This document shows, one piece after another, positions 1-6,952 of a DNA stretch of 64,000 nt (within the stretch, counting starts at the first letter, position 1; every line of letters starts with the position of its first letter). Under the pieces are notes generated by a model. That model saw only the letters and a program-made list of their open reading frames with translations, was not told where the DNA came from and made no database searches. The DNA is from an uncultured Gammaproteobacteria bacterium (GTDB taxonomy: Bacteria > Patescibacteriota > Microgenomatia > Levybacterales > GWA1-39-11): contig CAYRKM010000001.1 in NCBI GenBank assembly GCA_964425075.1, positions 331,060 through 395,059 on the forward strand, written 5' to 3'. The translations under genes were made by a program, and so were the position numbers.

Positions 1-130
1 CAAGCGCTTGCTGAAGCTCTGCTATCTCTTTATTAAGATCATCCAACTCGTCGGAATATACAGGAGGAATAATAATAGTGGATGTAAATAACATTAAAAT
101 TATAGTTAGAAAAAGAAAAAGTTTTTTCAT
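1..130 (-). CDS. 5' end (first ~43 codons) of a secreted or membrane-anchored protein that continues beyond the window edge
   Basis: The reverse complement reads ATG (cat at 128-130) then MKKLFLFLTIILMLFTSTIIIPPVYSDELDDLNKEIAELQQAL, open to the window edge. It has a hydrophobic signal-like N-terminus followed by the start of a coiled coil. Confidence 0.45.
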   Translation of the reverse strand, partial: MKKLFLFLTIILMLFTSTIIIPPVYSDELDDLNKEIAELQQAL

Positions 131-142
131 GAGTTTTATCAT

Positions 143-260
143 TATAGCGAATTTTTGGAAAAAATGAGCTACACGAGAGTTACCATTAATTTTTTTTAAA
201 CTCAAGTATAGCGAATTTGCAAAGCAAATGAGATATACGAGAGCTAAAGGTTAATTTTAT
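143..260. repeat. Two tandem ~54-bp imperfect direct repeats (143-197 and 207-260), both beginning TATAGCGAATTT and containing ATGAG-TA-ACGAGAG
   Basis: Direct reading gives TATAGCGAATTTttggaaaaaATGAGCTACACGAGAGTTACCATTAATTTT and TATAGCGAATTTgcaaagcaaATGAGATATACGAGAGCTAAAGGTTAATTTT. The second copy contains TTTGCAAAGCAAA. Confidence 0.6.
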
Positions 261-355
261 ATATATTCAATTGTTTGATCATAGAACTGAGAATAGAAAG
301 AAAAAAATAAGTTCAAAAAAACAGCACTGAGTGTTATAATAAGTTCCAGACGTTT

Positions 356-395
356 GGGTCTGTAGCTCAGTGGTAGAGCGCCATTCTTTAGGCAA
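356..395 (+). pseudogene. Truncated tRNA 5' fragment: acceptor 5' strand GGGTCTG plus a complete D-arm, with no anticodon stem or 3' half
   Basis: GGGTCTGTAGCTCAGTGGTAGAGCGCC shares the 19-nt D-arm TAGCTCAGTGGTAGAGCGC with the complete tRNA 46 nt downstream. The following sequence cannot form an anticodon stem, and no complementary CAGACCC acceptor strand follows. Confidence 0.5.
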
Positions 396-401
396 TTAAA
401 G

Positions 402-473
402 GGGCCAATAGCTCAGTGGTAGAGCGCTATCCTTATAAGATAGATGTCGATGGTTCGATCCCATCTTGGCCCA
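402..473 (+). tRNA. tRNA-Ile, anticodon UAU (reads AUA)
   Basis: Manual cloverleaf: acceptor GGGCCAA/TTGGCCC (7 bp perfect), D-arm GCTC-AGTGGTA-GAGC, anticodon stem CTATC/GATAG with loop CTTATAA (anticodon TAT), variable ATGTC, T-arm GATGG-TTCGATC-CCATC, discriminator A. CCA is not encoded. Confidence 0.75.
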
Positions 474-478
474 CAGTT

Positions 479-2890
479 TTATATATTTCCCCCAAATCCC
501 CCCTCTTTGCCCGGTGGTTTGTCTGGAATTGCCTCAAGATTATCTAATACTTCAAACATTTTTGAACGCTTTGCAATTTCTTGCTCTATAAGGTTTCTGG
601 GTTTTCCATATTTCAGTCGAGAGAGTTCTTTTATGAGCTCTGCAACTCTTGGGTTTTCAAGCTTTCTTTCGGCTTCTATGTCTCGAGTTAAATCAAGAGA
701 AAATGGAGTTGTTGGTTCTCCTCCAATAAGTGTTTTTACATATGCATGATAACGTTCAATATTTATAAGATCCCCTTCGTTGAATTTTGGCTGGAATTCA
801 TGCTGTAGGTAGTTTGCATCAGTTACACCAACTCTAAATGAAGCAATAGTTCCGACATTTCCAAAGATAGCGTTTTTAACATCCTCGTCAATCTGTCCAA
901 TGAATTGATTTGCAACCGTTAGGTTAAGTCTATATTTTCGAGCCTCAGATAATATTTGTGCAAAGTCAGGAGTTGCAAAGTTTTGAAACTCATCAACATA
1001 TAAGAAAAAGTCTTTTCTTTCTTCTTGGGGCATATCCTGTCTGCTCATAGCAGCAACTAGAAGTTTTGGAACTAAAATAAGTCCCAAGAAACTTGAATTT
1101 TCTTCACCAATTCGGCCCTTGTTAAGCGAGATAAGAAGAATTTTTTGTTTGTCCATTACTTCTCTAAAGTTAAATGAGCTTTCAGACTGCCCAATAATAT
1201 TTCTCATCATTTTGTTAGTAACAAATCGTCCAAACTTTGAAACGATGTAATCTAAGACTTCTGATTTGTGAAAGTCTGAGGTTTGGGCAATCTGATCAGT
1301 CCAGTAGCGCCTAACCATTGGATCATCAAGTTTTGGAAGAAGTTCTTGAACATATGACATATCAGTTAATGCACGTACTACTTCAACAAAAGTATTTCCC
1401 TTCTCAACCATTACAGTTAACATCGCGTTTCTAACTGAATGTTCAAATCGAGGCCCAATAATACCTGTTTTTTGAGGATCGTATAATTTGTACATAAGGT
1501 TAATAATTGATGAAGTTACGAAATGCTTCTGGTCCTCAGTGTCAGCTTCTAACATATTAAGACCCATGGGTCGTTCGGTGTCAGAGGGGTCAAAAAGAAT
1601 AACATCCTCAGCCCTATTTGGTGGGATAAGTTTTAGAACATCATCAATTAAGTCACCATGAGGATCAATTACAGCTACTCCCTCGCCATTTCGAATATCT
1701 TGCATTATCATGTCTTTTAAAAATTCAGATTTTCCTACACCTGTTTTTCCAATAATGTACATATGTCGTCGTCTGTCATCAAGTCCTATGTGTACGGGTT
1801 TTTTCTGTCCTCTAAAAAAGCTCTTACCTATATATAGGCCAGTATCTGGGATGTTTGCAGGAGCTGGTGCAGTTCGGGATGCAAGCCAATGTATGTAGGG
1901 GCTTTCAACGCTTTTGTTAGGAAAATGAAAAAGAGTTGCTATCTCATCAGTCGTAAGCACAATACCTTTGGTAAGAAGTGGGATATAGCGATAAATAAAA
2001 TCAACCATCAAAAGAGATTTAAAGAAACGTGGTTTGTCTGTTGTGAAAGCATTGTATGGTGAAGAATACTGCGTAAACGCGCTTTCTATATTTGAAAGAT
2101 GTGCTTCAGCCGCCTCTTTGGAAGTGGAAGTAACTACGACTCTAATAAATGTTTTAAAACCAGGTTTTGATATTTTTTGATCAATTGCTTCAAGTTCTCT
2201 TGGGTCTGTTGAGTATTTTGCAGTTTCCGGATTGGATTCTTGTTTCTTTTGAGCAGAAATGAAGTCTTTACCGGATTTTTTCCAAGAGTCTCCACCTGCG
2301 GTTATAAGGAATTGAATTGCAGCAGCCTCTCCTGTTTGCATTTTCCCAAGAGTTGATGTGAGGGAGGAAAGCGGGTCGATTGCAAAATCTTTATATACTT
2401 TAATTGGTTTAAATGTATCGTTTTTAAGAGTAAGTCCTGCAAAGGCAACTTTTCCCTCAGTTTCAAAGATATTGTAATCTTCAATTTCTGCAACATTTGC
2501 ATCAGGATAAGAACCATTAATTTGTTTTTCAACCATGTCTTGGAGCTTGCGAGGAACACCAACGTAAAATCTAATATCTTGGGGTTTTGCAACAATTTCA
2601 AATGTAAGGCTGTCCCCTACTTTGGTTGAGCCCAAAATTCCTGATGGTCCTTTTAATGACGCAAAGCTTGCAAAGAGTTGCTCTGCTGCATCAATTTTAA
2701 TTTCATTGTCACGTGGAAGAGATACTTCAAGAAGAACCGAGTCAAGGGACTTTTGGTGTCTATCTTTTGCGCGAAGCCAAATGGCAAGCAAATATAATCC
2801 GGCAACAATACTCACAATAAGAGCGCTTGAAATAAGAAGCCCAAGCGCAAAAAGAAAAGTCAAATTTATAAGTGTATTTGGTTCTATCAT
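479..2890 (-). CDS. Type IV secretion coupling protein-like ATPase (VirD4/TraG/TraD family, FtsK/HerA superfamily) with an N-terminal transmembrane hairpin
   Basis: Walker A IIGKTGVGKSEF and Walker B FLYVDEFQNF are present. The C-terminal ARKYRLNLTVANQFIGQI region is typical of T4CP/TraM-recognition domains. N-terminal TM segments read LINLTFLFALGLLISSALIVSIVAGLYLLAIW. The ORF track starts at a TTG (2926); the first ATG (MIEPNTL) is at 2890. The stop lies 6 nt from tRNA-Ile. Confidence 0.7.
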   Translation of the reverse strand: MIEPNTLINLTFLFALGLLISSALIVSIVAGLYLLAIWLRAKDRHQKSLDSVLLEVSLPRDNEIKIDAAEQLFASFASLKGPSGILGSTKVGDSLTFEIVAKPQDIRFYVGVPRKLQDMVEKQINGSYPDANVAEIEDYNIFETEGKVAFAGLTLKNDTFKPIKVYKDFAIDPLSSLTSTLGKMQTGEAAAIQFLITAGGDSWKKSGKDFISAQKKQESNPETAKYSTDPRELEAIDQKISKPGFKTFIRVVVTSTSKEAAEAHLSNIESAFTQYSSPYNAFTTDKPRFFKSLLMVDFIYRYIPLLTKGIVLTTDEIATLFHFPNKSVESPYIHWLASRTAPAPANIPDTGLYIGKSFFRGQKKPVHIGLDDRRRHMYIIGKTGVGKSEFLKDMIMQDIRNGEGVAVIDPHGDLIDDVLKLIPPNRAEDVILFDPSDTERPMGLNMLEADTEDQKHFVTSSIINLMYKLYDPQKTGIIGPRFEHSVRNAMLTVMVEKGNTFVEVVRALTDMSYVQELLPKLDDPMVRRYWTDQIAQTSDFHKSEVLDYIVSKFGRFVTNKMMRNIIGQSESSFNFREVMDKQKILLISLNKGRIGEENSSFLGLILVPKLLVAAMSRQDMPQEERKDFFLYVDEFQNFATPDFAQILSEARKYRLNLTVANQFIGQIDEDVKNAIFGNVGTIASFRVGVTDANYLQHEFQPKFNEGDLINIERYHAYVKTLIGGEPTTPFSLDLTRDIEAERKLENPRVAELIKELSRLKYGKPRNLIEQEIAKRSKMFEVLDNLEAIPDKPPGKEGGFGGNI

Positions 2891-2900
2891 AGTTAAGTTT

Positions 2901-3122
2901 TTATAGTTCAAATTGTGCGAAGTCAATTTTTTCGCTTGGCCCTAGATGGAATACATCTTCTCCTACCACTCCACCGCCCACTTCTTCAAGAAGCGCGCTT
3001 AACGGTATCACAGCATTTCTTTCATGGTGATAAATGAGCCCGTGCTCTTCCAATCCTTGCAAAGATATATGTGTGGCATTTCCAACCACACCAAAAATGT
3101 GCTCTCCTAAAGCCTCTTCCAT
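2901..3122 (-). CDS. Small hypothetical protein (73 aa) immediately upstream of the coupling-protein gene, same strand
   Basis: An ATG-initiated ORF (cat at 3120-3122) with non-repetitive composition. No recognisable motif, so only positional evidence supports it. Confidence 0.35.
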   Translation of the reverse strand: MEEALGEHIFGVVGNATHISLQGLEEHGLIYHHERNAVIPLSALLEEVGGGVVGEDVFHLGPSEKIDFAQFEL

Positions 3123-3204
3123 ATATCTATAATATCACAATGGAGCATCCTCAACAATTTCGTTGACCTCACAGTTTCCTCTCAAAAGCATGTTTTTTGA
3201 GGCA

Positions 3205-3218
3205 AGGTTTGGTATAAT
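3205..3218 (+). promoter_or_regulatory. Extended -10 element TGgTATAAT preceding the tRNA-Ser locus
   Basis: tttggTATAATg at 3208-3218. It lies 10 nt upstream of the first tRNA-Ser 5'-fragment copy. Confidence 0.4.
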
Positions 3219-3227
3219 GTGGTACCT

Positions 3228-3330
3228 GGAGGAGTCGCATCACGACTTTGCTTTGCAAAGGTAACAACCTTGCTTTAGCAAGAACGTTCAGCGCCTCATT
3301 TGTTGGGTTGAGAATTGGAGGAGTCGCATA
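3228..3330 (+). repeat. Two extra copies of the first 13-14 nt of tRNA-Ser(GCU) (GGAGGAGTCGCAT[A]) at 3228-3240 and 3317-3330, upstream of the intact gene
   Basis: cctGGAGGAGTCGCATcacg and gaattGGAGGAGTCGCATAagag compare with the gene start gaattGGAGGAGTCGCATAGTTGG at 3364. The last two copies share the upstream gaatt. Palindromes CTTTGCAAAG and CTTGCTttAGCAAG lie between copies 1 and 2. Confidence 0.6.
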
Positions 3331-3368
3331 AGAGAAATCTTGTCCGACTCTTTAGAAAAATAAGAATT

Positions 3369-3455
3369 GGAGGAGTCGCATAGTTGGCCCATTGCGGAGG
3401 TTTGCTAAATCTCTGAGTAGAAATACTCGCGCAGGTTCGAATCCTGTCTCCTCCG
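3369..3455 (+). tRNA. tRNA-Ser, anticodon GCU (class II, long variable arm)
   Basis: Acceptor GGAGGAG/CTCCTCC, anticodon stem GAGGT/ATCTC with loop TTGCTAA, variable arm with AGTA-gaaa-TACT stem, T-arm GCAGG-TTCGAAT-CCTGT, discriminator G. Confidence 0.85.
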
Positions 3456-3503
3456 CTTCGTCGCCTCGCTTCTCAGCGCAGGCGCATAGTTTAAGCCATT
3501 TAA

Positions 3504-3586
3504 GGAGAGGTCGCATAGTGGTCGAGTGCAGCGGTCTTGAAAACCGCCAACCGAAAGGTTCGAGGGTTCGAATCCCTCCCTCTCCG
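3504..3586 (+). tRNA. tRNA-Ser, anticodon UGA (class II)
   Basis: Acceptor GGAGAGG/CCTCTCC, anticodon stem GCGGT/ACCGC with loop CTTGAAA, long variable arm ACC-gaaa-GGT, T-arm GAGGG-TTCGAAT-CCCTC, discriminator G. Confidence 0.85.
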
Positions 3587-3593
3587 CCGTATT

Positions 3594-4115
3594 ATGATAG
3601 TTGCAGTTGGTTCCAAAAATCCCACAAAAATTGCCCCTGTTAAAAAAATATTTTCCAAACACTTTAAAAATGTAAAAGTTGTTGGAGTAAATGTTTCCTC
3701 TGACGTTGCCGATCAGCCCATGAGCGAAGAGGAAATATATGAAGGAGCATTTACCCGTGCTGTCAAAGCGCTTAAGCAAACAAAAGGCGCCACATATGGG
3801 GTTGGTATAGAGGCAGGAGTGCATAAGTATAGTTTTGGATGGATTGAGCGCTCGACTGTTGTTATCATGGACAAGAAAGGAAATATTGGAATAGGATCTA
3901 CGGGTGGTTTTGTTTTACCAGATAAAATAATGACACAAATTAAAAAAGGAAAAAACTTGCAAGAGATTATTGATGATTTATTTGGAACAAAAGAAATAGG
4001 GAAAGGAATAGGGATGTGGGGGATTTTTACAAAGGGAGTTGTGACACGGGCAAAAGGAACAGAGCATGGGGTAGCATTTGCATTAAGTCGCTTTTTACAT
4101 AAAGATTTATTCTGA
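3594..4115 (+). CDS. Non-canonical purine NTP phosphatase, YjjX/DUF84-like (inosine/xanthosine triphosphatase family)
   Basis: The N-terminus MIVAVGSKNPTKIAPVKK resembles the YjjX family start. The track ORF begins inside tRNA-Ser(UGA), so the start was moved to the first ATG after the tRNA (3594). Confidence 0.6.
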   Translation: MIVAVGSKNPTKIAPVKKIFSKHFKNVKVVGVNVSSDVADQPMSEEEIYEGAFTRAVKALKQTKGATYGVGIEAGVHKYSFGWIERSTVVIMDKKGNIGIGSTGGFVLPDKIMTQIKKGKNLQEIIDDLFGTKEIGKGIGMWGIFTKGVVTRAKGTEHGVAFALSRFLHKDLF

Positions 4116-4160
4116 TCTTGCTTTTAAAACCATTAAAACTTATTATTATTGTAACTGCTC

Positions 4161-4643
4161 ATGAATATCAAACGCAAAGAACTACCGCTTCTAATTTTCT
4201 CATTAGTTTTGCCACAAGCTGCAGGGCTCTTGGGTTCTCTGTTTACATTTTCAGCAATTACTACGTGGTATCAGACACTTATAAAGCCGCCAATTGCTCC
4301 TCCAAATTGGGTTTTTGGTCCTGTGTGGACAACGCTATTTTTACTTATGGGAATTTCTTATTTTTTAATCGCAAGGAAGAAAAAAACTAAAGAAACAAAT
4401 GAAGCCTTATTGTATTTTTATAAACAACTTGCATTAAATGTTTTGTGGTCAGTTGCTTTTTTTGGATTACATTCGCCACTTGGTGGAATTGTTGTGATAA
4501 TTCCATTGTGGTACTTAATTCTAGTAACTATTAAAAAGTTTTCGAAAATCTCGCCAATTGCAGGACAACTTATGTGGCCATACCTTGCATGGGTAACATT
4601 TGCAACTATTCTTAATATTTGTTTTTTCCTACTAAATAGATAG
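4161..4643 (+). CDS. tspO: TspO/MBR family tryptophan-rich sensory protein
   Basis: WYQTLIKPPIAPPNWVFGPVWTTLFLLMGISYF matches the TspO signature. The protein has five hydrophobic helices and is 160 aa. Confidence 0.85.
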   Translation: MNIKRKELPLLIFSLVLPQAAGLLGSLFTFSAITTWYQTLIKPPIAPPNWVFGPVWTTLFLLMGISYFLIARKKKTKETNEALLYFYKQLALNVLWSVAFFGLHSPLGGIVVIIPLWYLILVTIKKFSKISPIAGQLMWPYLAWVTFATILNICFFLLNR

Positions 4644-4687
4644 CGACTTGATTTTTTCTCCAAATTTTACTATCGTGTACTTCCCCG

Positions 4688-6124
4688 ATGGATAAAAATT
4701 TAGCAATCATTGACGTAGAGACAACTGGTACTGCCGCGCCATTTGATAGGATAATTGAAATTGGAATAATACGAATAGAAAACGGAAAAGTGGTAAGAAC
4801 TTTTGAAACACTTTTAAATCCTGAAACAACCATTTCCCCATTCATAGAAAATTTAACCGGAATTAAAAACCGCGAATTATTAAATGCTCCTACTTTTGGT
4901 GAAATAAAAAATGATGTTATTGAAATGATTAATGATTGTATTTTTGTCGCGCATAACGCACGATTTGATTATTCGTTTGTAAGAGGGGAGTTTAAAAAAA
5001 TTGGGATACCCTACTCCGCAAAACAATTGTGCACTGTAAAACTTTCGCGTTTGTTATTTCCTGAATTTCCTCACCATAATTTAGATAGTATTATGGTGCG
5101 ATTTGAAATAACGTGTGAAAGACGACACAGGGCGCTGGATGATGCACGTGTTGTTTGGAATTTTTTAGAAAAACTTCCCAAAGTTGCGCCTCTTGATAAA
5201 TTGCAAAAAGCTTATGACCTAATTCTTAAAAAACCATCTCTTCCACCAAATCTCAACAAGGACCAAATAGATAATCTTCCCGAAACATGTGGAGTCTATC
5301 TTTTTTATAGTGGCAAAGCATCTGGTAATAATAATCTGCCCTTATATATAGGTAAGAGCATTAATATTAAAGACAGAGTGTTATCTCATTTTTTGCAGGA
5401 TACAGAATCAGTAAGAGAACTTGAAATAAGTCAGCAGGTTGAAAGAATTGAAAGTATAGTAACGGCTGGGGAATTTAGCGCTTTGCTTTTAGAATCAGAA
5501 TTAATTAAAAAATTACAGCCCCTATATAATAGGAAGCTGCGTTATGCGCGTCACCTGACATATATTAAAAAACATAAAACTCGTGATGGATATTTTTCAG
5601 TAAGCATTAATACAGGAGAGATAAATACATCAGAAATGGAGGATATTTTGGGAATATTTAAATCCCAAAAATCAGCAAAAGAATTTTTATCAAAACTTAC
5701 GAGAGAACACATGTTGTGCGAGAAACTATTGGGACTGCAAAAAATTTCAGGACCATGTTTTTCGTATCACTTAGAAATATGTAAAGGTGCATGCATGCAA
5801 AAAGAAAATCCTCAAATATTTAATGCAAGATTTATAATAGCGTTTTCCAAAACCAGGCTTAGAACATGGCCATTTGATGGGCCAATATTGATTCGTGAGA
5901 ATAATGAAGAAATGGAGGAAGCAATGGTATTTGATAAATGGTGCTATCTTGGAAAATATAGTGAGTTTTCCTACACAGATGCTGACACCACCCTGCTATC
6001 TGATTATGATAGTTATAAATTACTAAATTCTTTTTTAAAAAATTCAAAGAATCTAAAAAAAATTGTGACACTTAAAAATTTGGAAGATAACAACCTCGCA
6101 AATCTAAAATCAGAAATTAATTGA
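4688..6124 (+). CDS. DnaQ-family (DEDDh) 3'-5' exonuclease domain fused to a GIY-YIG nuclease domain (UvrC/Cho-like)
   Basis: Exo I IIDVETTG, exo II FVAHNARFD and exo III RHRALDDARV are present. The GIY-YIG core reads GVYLFYS...LYIGKSINIKDRVLSH. Confidence 0.75.
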   Translation: MDKNLAIIDVETTGTAAPFDRIIEIGIIRIENGKVVRTFETLLNPETTISPFIENLTGIKNRELLNAPTFGEIKNDVIEMINDCIFVAHNARFDYSFVRGEFKKIGIPYSAKQLCTVKLSRLLFPEFPHHNLDSIMVRFEITCERRHRALDDARVVWNFLEKLPKVAPLDKLQKAYDLILKKPSLPPNLNKDQIDNLPETCGVYLFYSGKASGNNNLPLYIGKSINIKDRVLSHFLQDTESVRELEISQQVERIESIVTAGEFSALLLESELIKKLQPLYNRKLRYARHLTYIKKHKTRDGYFSVSINTGEINTSEMEDILGIFKSQKSAKEFLSKLTREHMLCEKLLGLQKISGPCFSYHLEICKGACMQKENPQIFNARFIIAFSKTRLRTWPFDGPILIRENNEEMEEAMVFDKWCYLGKYSEFSYTDADTTLLSDYDSYKLLNSFLKNSKNLKKIVTLKNLEDNNLANLKSEIN

Positions 6125-6150
6125 CAATAGTTTTTCCAGATTTATAATTG
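6121..6150 (+). promoter_or_regulatory. Sigma70-like promoter TTGACA-18-TATAAT upstream of the small ORF at 6155
   Basis: TTGACAatagtttttccagatttTATAATtgg. Confidence 0.5.
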
Positions 6151-6154
6151 GAGG

Positions 6155-6454
6155 ATGAGTGAAAGATATGGAGAAGGTGGCCTTTTTGACATATGTAAAA
6201 TGTGTAGGTTTGATAAAAATGGTTGCCCCATCGCCACTGAATTATTAGATTTTGCTCCAATGGAGCCAGATGATGATTTAAGTCTTAGGATTGTAAAAAC
6301 AGTTGACGGAGAGGAAGTTAATACAAGGGTTAAATTTATAGACACAACTCCAAATGGGAATGGTTTACCTTTTGTTTGTATTCTTTACGAAGCTAAGCCA
6401 CCTGATATTTCAGAAGCAATGTCCCATTCTGATTCATCTTCTCAATTGAAATAA
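6155..6454 (+). CDS. Small hypothetical Cys-containing protein (99 aa; CKMCRFDKNGC); the 3' end overlaps the convergent RibD-like gene by about 60 nt
   Basis: An ATG start with its own consensus promoter and non-repetitive composition. There is no SD at proper spacing, and the tail overlap makes the exact end uncertain. Confidence 0.4.
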   Translation: MSERYGEGGLFDICKMCRFDKNGCPIATELLDFAPMEPDDDLSLRIVKTVDGEEVNTRVKFIDTTPNGNGLPFVCILYEAKPPDISEAMSHSDSSSQLK

Positions 6455-6923
6455 GTTTTAGAGAAAAATCAACTACCTCTTCTCCCACTATTCCATTTCC
6501 CATCCCAAGAATTCTTGGTTCTAATGTTTGCCATACTTCAGTAACCAGGCCTTCTTTAAAAAATGCGGTATTGGTTTGTGCTCCTCCAACTAGATACCCT
6601 TCTCTATATCCTTTTTTTTCAAGACGTTTGATAAGTTCTGCGGGGGTTTCATTCGTGAATTCTAACTTTCCAGGAATTTTTTCTGTTTCATATTTTGATG
6701 GATCGCGGGTTATAACAACTCGCAATAAATCATTTCGATGTTGCATTCCCCCTCTTGCTGCTTCATAGGTTGTAGAGCCCATGATGATAAGATGAGCAGT
6801 AGAAACAATATTTGCAAAATATTTTTGATCCTCCGGGGATGTCCAGGAGTGAATATTGGTGCCTTTCCCTTTTTGAGTTGAGCGCCCATCAAGAGAAGTT
6901 ACCATAACAAGTATCAATTTCAT
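6393..6923 (-). CDS. RibD C-terminal domain / dihydrofolate-reductase-like family protein
   Basis: LILVMVTSLDG...HLIIMGSTTYEA...YLVGGAQTNTAF resembles PF01872-type proteins. Length is 176 aa. Confidence 0.7.
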   Translation of the reverse strand: MKLILVMVTSLDGRSTQKGKGTNIHSWTSPEDQKYFANIVSTAHLIIMGSTTYEAARGGMQHRNDLLRVVITRDPSKYETEKIPGKLEFTNETPAELIKRLEKKGYREGYLVGGAQTNTAFFKEGLVTEVWQTLEPRILGMGNGIVGEEVVDFSLKLISIEKMNQNGTLLLKYQVA

Positions 6924-6952
6924 ATGTACATTCTAACACCGAGTCAAAAAAA

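Noticed and set aside
1710-2906. Internal plus-strand ORFs (1710..1898, 2622..2906) and minus ORF 2302..2601 inside the coupling-ATPase gene
   Set aside because: They are embedded in, or out of frame with, a long motif-supported gene. No independent support exists for them.
3392-3824. ORF-track ORFs 3392..3643 (+) and 3405..3824 (-) in the tRNA-Ser region
   Set aside because: Both overlap the two well-folded tRNA-Ser genes and the tRNA-fragment repeats. They are most parsimoniously spurious reading frames through RNA genes. The plus-strand YjjX-like gene was restarted at the first ATG after the tRNA (3594).
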